Counted from the first letter of the stretch, positions 29,039-42,868 are shown. The stretch is DNA of 64,000 bases from Eledone cirrhosa (GCA_964016885.1 OZ024743.1:265918001-265982000); one strand, 5' to 3'. The notes: generated by a model from the sequence alone, not told the origin. Numbers and translations: made by a program.

Positions 29039-29871
29039 TATATATATATGGTATTTATATATTTTCAGGTGGTAGGAGAGGGTGGGGAGTGGGATGGGTA
29101 GAGGGCATTGATTGAAAGAAAAGGGAGTTCATTAAAATCTAATTATTTAAGGCTATAATTTATATTTAGACTAACAAAGCAGAAATAATTATATAAACAA
29201 GTTCAGAATGGGGTGCCACTCCTTATTTTTAAGTTTCTCTTGAGCTAACAATGCCTATATTTCAGGTGTCTATAAGATCGTTGGGGGTCGGTCATGGTTG
29301 ATGGATTTAAAGAAAAGAGAAATTCTTTAAAAGCTAATTCTTTAAAGTTCTACTTAGAGTGACAAAGCCCAAGAGAATTCCATAAACCAGTTCAAAACAT
29401 TGGTCGCCTATCACATCACTACCCTCAAACCTCTCCCAAGCCACACTCCAGGTGTCGATAGACATATCCACATACACACACACACATATATATACATATA
29501 TATATATATATACATACATATATAGATATACACATATATACATATACATATATATATGAAAGACGTAAAATAATAAAAATCAACTTACTTACTAAAATTT
29601 TCACTCCAACTAATTAGTTTCTGTAATGGGATAAATATAGTTACATAATATAACTATAGAGAATTCAATACGTCATCCGGTATTCTATTCTCAGCTAAGT
29701 TCCCAGGCAATTTTTAATTTTTAATTTTTAAAATTTTCTTATTTTACGTCTTTCATGTAATTGTTCTGCATCCCCCTGCATAGAACCACATAGGTACTAA
29801 GACATAACTTATATATTTGCTAGCATGAGTGTACATCTGTACACATATGTTGGTAGATGTACTAATTCTCT

Positions 29872-29984
<113 letters not shown>

Positions 29985-30039
29985 CATATACATACATATA
30001 CACATACATATATATACATAAACTGCTACACACACTTAT

Positions 30040-30089
<50 letters not shown>

Positions 30090-30093
30090 ATAT

Positions 30094-30124
<31 letters not shown>

Positions 30125-30204
30125 CATATATATATACACACACACATATATATATATATACACACCCACACACACATATATATATATATATATTTTTTTT
30201 TTTA

Positions 30205-30342
30205 GTCCAGAATTAGCCGTCGTAACGGCTTGAGCTCAGCCGTCGGGGTCCTACTCGTCCCTATTACCCACTCTACTACCCTGAGTATTGAGTACATTGG
30301 TGCGTTATGGTCCACCTGGTTCCTTACCACATTTCCTTCGTT
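30205..30342 (-). repeat. Family X structured repeat
   Basis: See 2055-2192; terminal hairpin AGCCGU-UACG-ACGGCU on the minus strand. Confidence 0.75.
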
Positions 30343-30492
30343 ATATATTTATATATATGTAGAGGTTATATTTAATTTGATGGGATACAACAAGCTAAAC
30401 AATGTTATAACTGATATAAAGCACTCAACAAATTGTTGGAATACATATACAATATATTAACAAATGGAAACTATATTTATAAAAGCATATTT

Positions 30493-30556
30493 ATTTCATT
30501 ATACATATTTCCAGGGCCACCAGAGCAAACTGTGGTGCGCTTTCATCAGATAAAAT
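30493..30556 (-). ncRNA. Minimal type I hammerhead motif, slightly degenerate, in a ~280-bp repeat family (related copies at ~27985-28145, 39065-39521, 57040-57325)
   Basis: AUUUUAU-CUGAUGA-AAG..GCACCA..UGGUG..CUG-GAAA-UAUGUAUA|AUGAAAU. Confidence 0.6.
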
Positions 30557-30972
30557 ATAATATAGGTTAGTTTTATAAATAAATATTGACATAGCCTTAA
30601 AAAATGCAACCATTCTGGTTGGAATCTCCTGGATAGATAATATATATATATATATATATATATACCGTTCCGACTTCCTCCCCCTCCCCAGTATCTTCTT
30701 TGACCTCATGCCCAGCTGTAGCTGGCACTACCAACGCTTGATTGGGTCTACTCCACCCCCTCCCCACTTTTCTCTACTGGCAGGTTTAGCCACCATCGCC
30801 CCTACTAATTTTCAATCACAGAATTACTACTGATTTTTGACAATCACTTTGACCATATATGGAATTACCCCTTGAGAAGATCGGGTATTTAAATACCAGG
30901 ATAAATTTTCATTTAGTCCAGAATTAGCCGTCGAAACGGCTTGAGCTCAGCTGTCGGGGTCTTACTGGTTCC

Positions 30973-31010
<38 letters not shown>

Positions 31011-31011
31011 C

Positions 31012-31093
<82 letters not shown>

Positions 31094-31102
31094 GAAAAAG
31101 TG

Positions 31103-31164
31103 AGTCCTTCATCAGTGACCCTCCAACCGTCCTCGGCATTTCATCGCTTTAAGGGCCATATGCC
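31103..31164 (-). ncRNA. Candidate non-circularly permuted (pseudoknotted) hammerhead ribozyme, copy 1
   Basis: GGCAU-A|UGGCCCU-UAAAGCGAU-GAAAUGCC-12 nt-AGGGUCA-CUGAUGA-AGGACU. Stem III GGCAU/AUGCC, stem I UGGCCCU/AGGGUCA; predicted cleavage between 31159 and 31158. Confidence 0.75.
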
Positions 31165-31847
31165 TCAGGTTGGTGCGAACAACGGCTAAAAAAAGTCGTT
31201 GGGACACGTAAATAAAGGGGGACGCTAGAGTAACAACAAAAAGGTTTAGGCAACGGAAAGTGAGTAGAAATAGACAAGTCCCAGATCTCTATGAATATAA
31301 ACTCTGTGAAATCGTGAACAAGAGACGAAAGACCATTAAACCTGGTTGAAATGTGAGCAAGGAAAGAATTTCGCCCAAGTTTGACGGGGGGGAAAAAAGA
31401 GAGAGAGAGAAAGAAAAAGGAGAGAAGAGGAAGAAGAAGAAGAAGAAGAAGAAGAAGAAGAAGAAGAAGAAGAAGAAGAAGAAGAAGAAGAAGAAGAAGA
31501 AGAAGAAGATAAGGGGGTCTGGTCTACGAATTCGGTAAACGCAAGTTTTGTGAAGTCGCAGACGAAAGAGGGAGAGAAAAAAATTCCATACCAGCTCGGT
31601 CAAGACTGCGCGAGAAAAGAATTACACACAGGTCAAACTTGAAGGAGGAGGAGGAAAGAGGTGGAGGAGAGGTAGTGACAGAGAATGAGTGAGTGAAAGT
31701 TGAGGAGAGAGTAACAGAGAGGGAGACTGCTAGAAGTGGTAAAGATACAAGGGACGAAACAGACGAAGGCAGCATGGAAAAAATATATGTGTAAATATGA
31801 TAATAATGAAGCTGCGGCGTTGCAAATGGGATACATAATAAAAAGTG

Positions 31848-31909
31848 AGTCCTTCATCAGTGACCCTCCAACCGTCCTCGGCATTTCATCGCTTTAAGGG
31901 CCATATGCC
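31848..31909 (-). ncRNA. Candidate permuted hammerhead ribozyme, copy 2
   Basis: Identical to copy 1, offset 745 bp. Confidence 0.75.
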
Positions 31910-32595
31910 TCAGGTTGGTGCGAACAACGGCTAAAAAAAGTCGTTGGGACACGTAAATAAAGGGGGACGCTAGAGTAACAACAAAAAGGTTTAGGCAACG
32001 GAAAGTGAGTAGAAATAGACAAGTCCCAGATCTCTATGAATATAAACTCTGTGAAATCGTGAACAAGAGACGAAAGACCATCAGACCTGGTTGAAATGTG
32101 AGCAAGGAAAGAATTTCGCCCAAGTTTGACGGGGTGGAAAAATGAGAGAGAGAGAAAGAAAAAGGAGAGAAGAGGAAGAAGAAGAAGAAGAAGAAGAAGA
32201 AGAAGAAGAAGAAGAAGAAGAAGAAGAAGAAGAAGAAGAAGAAGAAGAAGAAGAAGATAAGGGGGTCTGGTCTACGAATTCGGTAAACGCAAGTTTTGTG
32301 AAGTCGCAGACGAAAGAGGGAGAGAAAAAAATTCCATACCAGCTCGGTCAAGACTGCGCGAGAAAAGAATTACACACAGGTCAAACTTGAAGGAGGAGGA
32401 GGAAAGAGGAGGAGGAGAGGTAGTGACAGAGAATGAGTGAGTGAAAGTTGAGGAGAGGGTAACAGAGGGGGAGACTGCTAGAAGTGGTAAAGATACAAGG
32501 GACGAAACAGACGAAGGCAGCATGGAAAAAATATATGTGTAAATATGATAATAATGGAGCTGCGGCGTTGCAAATGGGATACATATGAAAAAGTG

Positions 32596-32657
32596 AGTCC
32601 TTCATCAGTGACCTTCCAACCGTCCTCGGCATTTCATCGCTTTAAGGGCCATATGCC
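32596..32657 (-). ncRNA. Candidate permuted hammerhead ribozyme, copy 3
   Basis: As copy 1 but with AAGGUCA (one distal stem I mismatch), offset a further 748 bp. Confidence 0.7.
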
Positions 32658-32801
32658 TCAGGTTGGTGCGAACAACGGCTAAAAAAAGTCGTTGGGACAC
32701 GTAAATAAAGGGGGACGCTAGAGTAACAACAAAAAGGTTTAGGCAACGGAAAGTGAGTAGAAATAGACAAGTCCCAGATCTCTATGAATATATATATATA
32801 C

Positions 32802-32862
<61 letters not shown>

Positions 32863-32949
32863 GGTAAGTTATTCCGGGTTGAATCGGAGGTAACTACAGT
32901 AAGTAAGGTACTTAATACATAGCAGAGTATAAAAGTTTTAATATAGATG

Positions 32950-33000
32950 AGATTCTACAGGATTAGAACTGTTTCATTCTTTTGAAGTCATCAGGAATCT
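32950..33000 (-). ncRNA. Type I hammerhead motif with atypical stem II base
   Basis: AGAUUC-CUGAUGA-CUUCAAAAGAAU-GAAA-CAG..CUG-UA|GAAUCU. It lies in a ~135-bp repeat (32868-33000) that recurs at 57907-58040. Confidence 0.65.
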
Positions 33001-33164
33001 GTGTGTGTGCATGTGTGTGTGTGTTTGTGTGTGAGTATGCGAATGCGTCTGTCGACAGTCGGAATATAGCTAAAGAGAAACTTGAAGACAATGATATGAT
33101 AGGTAGCCACTATTTTGAACTGGTTCATAGAATTCTCCTGGCCTTTGTCACTCCAAGTATGACT

Positions 33165-34300
<1,136 letters not shown>

Positions 34301-35459
34301 ACATATTTTTCTTGACATTTTTCAATTAATTTCAGAAGATGAATTATTTGTACATTTATGCACTTAAAGTCATGTGTATGCACTTAAATTAACTTATATG
34401 CCACTGTTCACTTAACGTCATTGCATATATATATATATATAATAATGGACGCAGAATGAAATGAAAATGGGGTTTGCATCGTTATACACGCAAGTAATCC
34501 TTGTACCTGGTGGCTTCAACTGGTTGAAGAAACATCTGTGGATATTCTCATGCACACACACACACATACACATAGGCGCATAAAACCTGCCAGTCAACAC
34601 AGATGAAGTAATCTTGATGTGGTCTCTTGAAATGTTATAAACAAAAGCCATATCACCCTCCTACTCTCATTTTAAAAAATATATATTTTCAACAGGACAC
34701 ATTAGGTTATGTAGGCATATATAACCTATAACAATTAAGACATTTTCGGTTGTGAATTCTGGATCCAGCTTTAGTTGTATTGGATTGCATCCAGAGCTAA
34801 ATAACAACAGCCATATCAATAGCAATTCTAATGCCCTCGACCTAACCCAGGAGTTTCAAATCCCTTTGGTAATCGGTGTAAATTTTAGTTCGCTGCATAA
34901 ACTGATTATAAGACCAGTTATAACTGACTTGAAATGCTATAAGGACACATTGGATAATGAATTGAACGATAATTTTTAAAATGACGTGATTGAACTTGCT
35001 AAATATATTTCAATCTTACATTTTCTCTATTAGGTTTACCTATGGTTACATACCAATAATTCACTTCGCACTACGTAATCAGAGTTAAGTGTACATTATT
35101 GGTGGATATATTTAAAACATTGTAACACCATAGGGAGATAGGGAAGCTTGAGGGATTCTATACTTATCTGATCACATGCACGAGTTATTGTCACCCACGT
35201 GTACGCTTAATATCTACTATTGCAGCGGGGGTGGGGGTGGGGGGTATTATCTTACATTTCAGACTACATAACTTTCTAATCTATGAAGTTTATTAGTTTT
35301 AAATATCGTACATTTTTGGTAAGGAAAGAAATACCATAGAGAATATAACGATAGAAGAAATTTGCCAGACCCCCCCCCCACACACATATACACATATATA
35401 TACTCACGTGTACAAACATACCCACATACGCACCCACATACGCACGCACACATACACAC

Positions 35460-35542
<83 letters not shown>

Positions 35543-35818
35543 AATATATATAGGACGGGCTTCCACACGATTTCCCTCTTTCATATTGCACTTAATAGTC
35601 ATGCATATATATATAATTGGTTAGCATATGTTTTTACATATTAGTAAGAGGATAATAGGTGATATTGCTTTCGAGAAGAGTAAATAACGGACGGAAGCTC
35701 AGAAATCAGAAATCAACGGCACAGATTTTAGATTTGCTACACAAAAATTGTAAATCTATCTGTGTTGCTCATTTCATTTAAATATATTTTCCTCATCACT
35801 CTCTCTTTTTTTACACAG

Positions 35819-35943
35819 AAATCTCAGTTGTTGGTGGATTTTGTCTGCCCATAACCCAAACGATATAGTGGAGCTACAAGTGCTGGACTTTGAGGTCGAA
35901 GATTCACCAGGGTGTGTTTACGATTCTGTTAAAGTTTTCGATG
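35819..35943 (+). CDS. Internal exon of a CUB-domain protein (middle of the domain)
   Basis: Polypyrimidine tract + CAG acceptor and GTAAGT donor. Translates NLSCWWILSAHNPNDIVELQVLDFEVEDSPGCVYDSVKVFD(G), a CUB pattern (C.W....DF.VE....C.YD.V.VFDG). Ends in phase 1. Confidence 0.9.
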
Positions 35944-36998
35944 GTAAGTATTTAAATTTACTTTAGAATTACACAAGTATTCAAGACGCATATACCTACT
36001 ATACCCACGGACACGGATACGTACAAATTCATAAACCCGCACTGCAGCTAATGAACAACAACAATAGCATTTTTAATGGCCTCAATCGATCGCAGGACTT
36101 TCAAATAGCTTTAGTCGTCGTAGCAAATTGTATTTCGATACGTTAACGATGAGTTAAAACACGTAAAAGTGTCTTGAAAATGTGGGGAAAATACGTATAG
36201 TTGGCATGTGTACATGTGTATGTATTGAAATAAGTTAAAAGCCAATGCCTTAGCATGGCTAACTGTACGATGTCTGAAATGAAGACAAATGGACAGCTGC
36301 AGCATTTTTACCATGACATCCACCTTTTCTGGTAGCACTATATATATATATATATATAGTGACGAAACATAAGTCAATTGTATGAACTCATTATCCTTAA
36401 TTTACTGCTATATATATTTCGATGATAGCCATTGAATGGCTATGACCTCATCAGGCAGTTAGTCAGTTCTTAGATATGCCAGCTCTGTGTTTATAGTGTT
36501 GATGGTATCAGAACCTTGGGACATATATATATATATATATATACAAACATAAATTATCGAGATTCGCATTTCGGCCCACGAAATAACGAAAAACAACCTC
36601 CGAGATTTGAGGCAAGTGCTCAATGGTTCAGATGAACCAGAGCTATAACAGACGTTAAACGCCAAACACCCTGAGGCGAGGGTTAAACAATTATTCACAT
36701 AGCCAAAAAAACGATCAAGTAATTCGTGTATTGAACATTTACCCGGACCCCTGGAAGGTTGATAAAATCCAGTATTTGGGTTTCTGCGGCTCCTAAATCA
36801 AGTACCGCCCGCTTACATAAATAATGTCAGGCTTCTGGTAAGATGATTGAACAAGGAAGCCACTTTCTCAACAGGTTTTAGTTCAATGTTAATACAAGGA
36901 CTGACTATTGCTGACTCCACGTGGGGATCGGTAAGGGAGGCAGCCCCTATATCAGGGGAATAAATTCAGTTGTGTGTATATTTTTGCAAGAATGCAAA

Positions 36999-37036
<38 letters not shown>

Positions 37037-38773
37037 TATTTATATATAACAAAGAGAGTGTGTTAAGATACCAATTGAACCATAGCGCACTCGAGTACTC
37101 GATACTTTGTGTCGTAGAGCGGGTAATATGAAAAGATTCAGGGCCCCGACGACTGAGCTCCAGCCGCTGCGGCAGCTAGATCCTAACAGTTCGGATCTCT
37201 CTCTCCATATATATATAAATGTGTGTGTGTGTGTGTGCCTGCGTGTGTGTATGTTTGTGATGTACATACAAAAAGAAAGTTTAAGAGGGGTTGATGATTG
37301 TTTGAGTTTACAACAAAGAGAAAAGTATTCAATATATTAAATATACTTTATATGTTTTATAAAAAGCTGAAGCCATTTGAATTGTTATTCTGAGTTCCTT
37401 GTTGCCGATAGTCTAATCACTTAAATAATCTAATAATACATGTGTATGTGATTGGCAATCTAGGAACAACTTTGTTACCGCTATGTCACCTCTTTACTTG
37501 TGAGCTAATTTTCAACGATCCTTATACCATAATTTCAAGCAGATATTTCAGTTTAGCTATTTCTACCTAACCAGACCAATACAATATTTTATCTACATTA
37601 ATTTCAATAGTCAATTACTGACATTCTGATGTCACGATAGAATTTAATGTATTTACGTTGTAAGCCTTGCGTTGTACATAGTGTAAATGCGTCACTGTTT
37701 TTACTCTATGTAAAGTAGTATATTATGTAAGTAGTGCTTTAAATAGAAACATGCAGCTTAAAGCATCGCAGTGTAGGTAGAACAATGCCTCAGTTTTACT
37801 GAAATCTTTGTTAGCAGTTACTATTTATATACATTAATTCTGTTGGAAAAGACAGGCGAGTATGCAGTCTCTTCTTCTCTCCAATAGGATCGAAGTACAT
37901 CTGAGGGCATCCGCCTGATTTTTCTACTTTGTCTAGTGTGTACACTGAAGAGGGGGCTAAAACCTCGACTTTTTCATGGAATATGCATACAATACTTCAA
38001 ATATTTCCATTATTGTTCTCAATATACATATTATGATGGCATTTCTTACTTCTAAATAAAGATTTAGATACACATCTAAAACATTCATTTTTATATGAAA
38101 ATAAGGAAAATAGCTACCATGATGCATCTGTTTTTATGTTCGTATATTATATGAGTGTTTTATTATCATTTTCTTCCATGTATAGTGTATAACAACGACT
38201 TTTGGCAAAACATTTATATAGCTCGCCAATCGGCCTTACATATATATGCAATAACAGGTGTCGGCAATACATAAACACAATCCAAAAAAGAAAATCTTGA
38301 TACAATAGATAAAGCACCAATGAATAACATAACATATATAGAATACCAAAAGACAGCTTTATTAGCAATAGAATCTACATTAATATGACACCATTAGAGA
38401 TAAAAACTAAAAAATCAACGTTAATGTATTTCTGTAAACACCATCGCTTCAACGTTTCTCCATTGTTGAAAGAAGTTCGAAGAAAACAATGTAATGTCTG
38501 GTAATAATGAAGGCCAAATACACTCATGATATTCGCCTACATTAATTTCAACTAAAAAAGATATGACATACTACAACTCCATATTGTATCATTTCATCCC
38601 AAATATAAAACCAAGAACATACCTCATTATCGATGGAGCTCGGAAAAGTACTGATTCAAACAGAATATCATTAAACATGGAACTAGAGCATCATACACGC
38701 ACAAACACAAACATTTGAATCGTCCCCTCCACTCCCTGTCTCTAACGGAACACTCACTCCCAATCCATACACT

Positions 38774-38850
<77 letters not shown>

Positions 38851-38899
38851 TATATATATATATTGATATATATATACTATATACATATATATATGTATG

Positions 38900-38934
<35 letters not shown>

Positions 38935-39019
38935 GTGGTTACACAACAGTTAGTTCACCATACCGAGATCAATTGTTTCACCTTAGCGGATCCTCAGCTC
39001 GGAATGGGCATGGTTATAG

Positions 39020-39067
<48 letters not shown>

Positions 39068-39152
39068 TAGAAGGGGTATTTAATTTGTTGGAAGTCCAAC
39101 AAATATAAATGTGTATAACTGATTTAGAGCACTCAACAGTTTTCTGGAGTAA

Positions 39153-39521
39153 ATATTCAATGATATTAAATAAATGGAAACTATATTTATAAAACCATAT
39201 TTATTTTATCATATATATTTCAAGGGTACCAAGACACATTGATACGCTTTCATCAGATAAAATACGAAGTTTGTTTTATAAATAGAGTCATACCCATGAA
39301 AATCATACCTTATCGGTTGGAAATTTACTGGATAGTGGATTTCCAGTGAATTTCCAACTGATAAGGTACGATTTTCATGGGTATGTTTCTATTTATAAAG
39401 CAAACTTTGTATGTTAGCTGATGAAAGCGTATCAATGTGTCTTGGCACCCTTGAAATATATATAATAAAATAAATATTGTTTTATAAATATAGTTTCCAT
39501 TCATTTAATATCATTGAATAT
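39153..39521. repeat. Imperfect ~370-bp palindrome with two outward-facing minimal hammerhead motifs (39203-39263 minus, 39411-39471 plus)
   Basis: Arms are reverse complements. CUGAUGA-AAGCGUAUCAA..UUGG(U/C)ACCCUU-GAAA-UAUAUAU(A/G)|AUAAAAU. The minus copy has G at the cleavage position and the plus copy has a damaged stem I. Confidence 0.8.
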
Positions 39522-39572
39522 ATATATATATATATACAAATTTACAAATATATATACATAAACATATTATAT

Positions 39573-39631
<59 letters not shown>

Positions 39632-39831
39632 TAAGAGGAACTTTGTCTGATCTACTCGTTTTATTTACAATACTTTAAAATTTATAATGGTATTATAATG
39701 AAATAGTATGATAGAATATTAAATTCTAAGTGTTAATTGAACAAGTACTTTCATGCTTTCGCAATCTTCAGGTTCATAATATGTGGTGACAGTCAAGTTT
39801 GCAATTTTCAACTGTTGAAAATTGCAAACTT

Positions 39832-40100
<269 letters not shown>

Positions 40101-40615
40101 CGGTGGGCTGAAACTGTGATTACACACGTAGAAAAAAGTACGCTATAAATACAGCGCAATGTATATAATTTAGTAGTATAGACGCGTCTGAAATTGTAAA
40201 TCATGTTTCAGTGTATTGATTATTGAAATGATTGAATAGGGGAGCAATGTGACAATGTAGGTGAAGAAATAGCTATAAGCACCTGAAGTATGATTAGTCA
40301 TTCAGATATTAATTAGCTATCGAAGAAAAAGCACACCAAAAACTGCGAATCTCATAACGCTACGTAGATTGGATTATATAAGATATTAATATATTTGGAG
40401 CTAACTTGATACACGCACGCACGCCCCCCCCCCCCCCCCCACCACACACACACACGTATATATCGACACAGTAAATATGGCAATTGCCATTTGAAGTTGT
40501 GTATAAATTTATCTATATAGAAAACGTATATGAATAACACCGTGTAACATATTTTTTGTTCCCCGGTTCTAAGTCTCATTTCATCGTCTGTTATATCCCA
40601 TTATTATAAAAAAAA

Positions 40616-41014
40616 GCGGTGGATTGGCAGTATCGGTAGAGGGTCGGACGCCATGCTTTCCAGCATAGTTACGTCCCTTTACGACCTGAGTTCAAATCCC
40701 GCCGAGGTTGGCTTTGCCTTTCATCCTTACGGGGTCGATAAAATAAAGTACCAGTAATGCACTGGATAATTGCTGGCCTTGTGCCTAAAGTAGAAAAAAT
40801 TATTATAAAAAAAAGCACTATTATTTAATCAGTGGCAGTATCGGTAGAGGGTCGGCCGCCTTACTTTGACGCATAGAGTTATGGCCCTTGCCATTCTGAG
40901 TTCAAATCCCGCCGAGGTTAACATTGCCTTTCATCCTTACGGGGTCGATAAAATAGAGTACCAGTAATGTACTGTGTAATTGCTGGCCTTGTGCCAATAG
41001 TAGAATCAATTATT
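40616..41014 (+). mobile_element. Two tandem tRNA-derived SINEs nested in the DNA transposon (40616-40805, 40832-41014)
   Basis: A-box TGGCAGTATCGG and B-box GAGTTCAAATCCC. The first copy is flanked by direct repeat ATTATTATAAAAAAAAGC. Confidence 0.9.
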
Positions 41015-41208
41015 TCATCAGAAGTTTGGGTTTGTGTTCAGGAGTTTGATATTTCGAAATTTTCATATTTTTCCAGAAAAAACACATTTAAAAAAAATTT
41101 ATCAGTTCATATAATTAAATCAACAGAGTATATATTTATTTTATTACACAAGTTTATCAAAAGCAAACAAGTAAAAACAAATAACACATATAAAGCAACT
41201 TATACACG

Positions 41209-42300
41209 TCAGAAATGACTGGATTTCCTGGATTTGCGGTTGTAGTCCAGGTCGCATTCCCGCACTAGCCCCCAGATATAGTCTGCCATCATGTTTCCAT
41301 TGTAGTGGCCCTGGTACCTCCCCTCTATCTCTTTCACATGGTGGTAGAATCGTTCGCCTTGTTCTTCTGAGTAGGCGCCTATATTGTCCTTGAATGTTTC
41401 CAGGTGAGCGTCCAACATATAGAGTTTAAGCGACATCCTGCATCCCATGGCGCCAAAAGCCTTTATCAGATCCTGCACCAGTTGTTGGTAGTTTTCAGCT
41501 CTGTAGTTGCCCAGGAAGCCCTTAACAACTGCCTTGAAACAGTTCCATGCTGTTCTCTCAATCCCATTGAGCTTATTGGAGAACTCGGTAGACTGAAACA
41601 CCTTCTTTATCTGAGGTCCAACAAAAATTCCACTTTTGGTTTTGGCCTCAGATAACTTGGGGAAGAACTCAAGAAGGTACTTAAATTCGACTGATTCTTG
41701 GTTGAGAGCCTTTACAAACTGCTTCATCAACCCCAACTTAATGTGCAGTGGCGGCATGAGCACAATCCTGGGATCAACCAGTGACTCCCACATGACGTTC
41801 CGGGTCCCAACTACAAATTCTGTTCGCTGCTCCCAGTTCTTTCTTTTGTAGTGGTCAGAGGTGGCTCTGCTGTCCCAAAGGCAGAGGAACCATTGGAATT
41901 TGATAAAGCCTCCTTGGAGTCCAAGCAGGAAAGTCACCATTTTGAAGTCTCCAATGATTTCCCAATTGTACTGGTTGTATGGCAGAGCTTCCAAGAGGAC
42001 TTTCAGACTGTAGTAATCTTCCTTCAGGCAGACTGAATGGGCTAGGGGCAGTGTCGGGAACTTGCTTCCATTGTGGAGGACAGCCTTCAAACTTGTGGTG
42101 GAGCTGTCTATACATAGCCGCAAATCCTTGGGCATAAATGGCACCCAATAACGTCAAACAGTCCAGGCACGTCATGGCAGAAGAAGAGGCCATCCCTAAG
42201 AGTGTAAAAGCCTGAGAAAGGTTCGTGTCAACTTCTCTGACTTGTCACGTGCACTTCCTTATTGACCAAGTACCACTGCTTCATCCTGGAGACGAATGCT
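41209..42300 (-). pseudogene. Transposase catalytic region (Chapaev3-like), N-terminus missing or frameshifted
   Basis: 311-aa ORF: IDSSTTSLKAVLHNG, GDFKMV..LLGLQGG, LCLWDSR, PPLHIKLGLMKQFVKAL, FPKLSEAK.KSGIFVGPQI, SEEQGERFYH..EGRYQG. Upstream homology continues with stops to ~42300. Confidence 0.85.
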
Positions 42301-42687
42301 TAAAACACAACTTACCCTTTATTCAGGGTGCGAAAATCCATTATCACTAAATCTCTTTAATCCACTTTTTAACAATTTTATAATTTATTGCACTTTTATA
42401 ATTTTCTTTAGGCATTACTCTTTATTTTATAATTTTCATTTAACCTGACACATATATAAACAAATCATTTCACATAAGCAAATTAAACTTACAACGTAAA
42501 ATCCATCATACAAATAATTCTAGTGAATAGCTTAGAATTTTTACAAAGCCAAACTTTTAACGGTTTAATAGCACTTTTTTTTATTATTTGGGACCTAAGC
42601 AACACAAAAATGTGATTACAAGCCAGGAACAGAGAAAACATTTATTTTTGTTACACGGTGTAATTAACAAACCATATAACTCATTGT

Positions 42688-42790
<103 letters not shown>

Positions 42791-42868
42791 GGGCACAAGT
42801 TCTCTATTCTGGCTGTTGCTCTTAAAGTTATATGTATACACAAATCCAACACACACACACATTGGCAT

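Larger units (their letters stand above)
31089..32790 (-). mobile_element. Non-coding tandem repeat, ~2.3 units of 745/748 bp, one ribozyme motif per unit (retrozyme-like)
   Basis: Near-identical units (anchor TCATCAG ends at 31115, 31860, 32608), internal (GAA)n tract, (TA)n on both sides, no credible ORF. Confidence 0.85.
40538..42660 (-). mobile_element. Chapaev3-like (CMC superfamily) DNA transposon, internally deleted
   Basis: TIRs CACCGTGTAACA... at both ends, 3-bp TSD TAA (40535-37 and 42661-63), transposase remnant inside, two SINEs nested. Confidence 0.85.

Noticed and set aside
31089-32790. LTR retrotransposon, CRISPR or coding-repeat reading of the 745-bp units
   Set aside because: No TG..CA termini, PBS or PPT context, no short repeat-spacer structure, and the ORFs are only low-complexity frames.
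37944-37975. CTGAAGAGGGGG...CCTCGAC as a hammerhead
   Set aside because: GAAA is missing and there is no stem I or III.
40616-40700. SINE heads as tRNA genes
   Set aside because: A and B boxes are present but there is no cloverleaf; they continue into a shared SINE body with TSDs.
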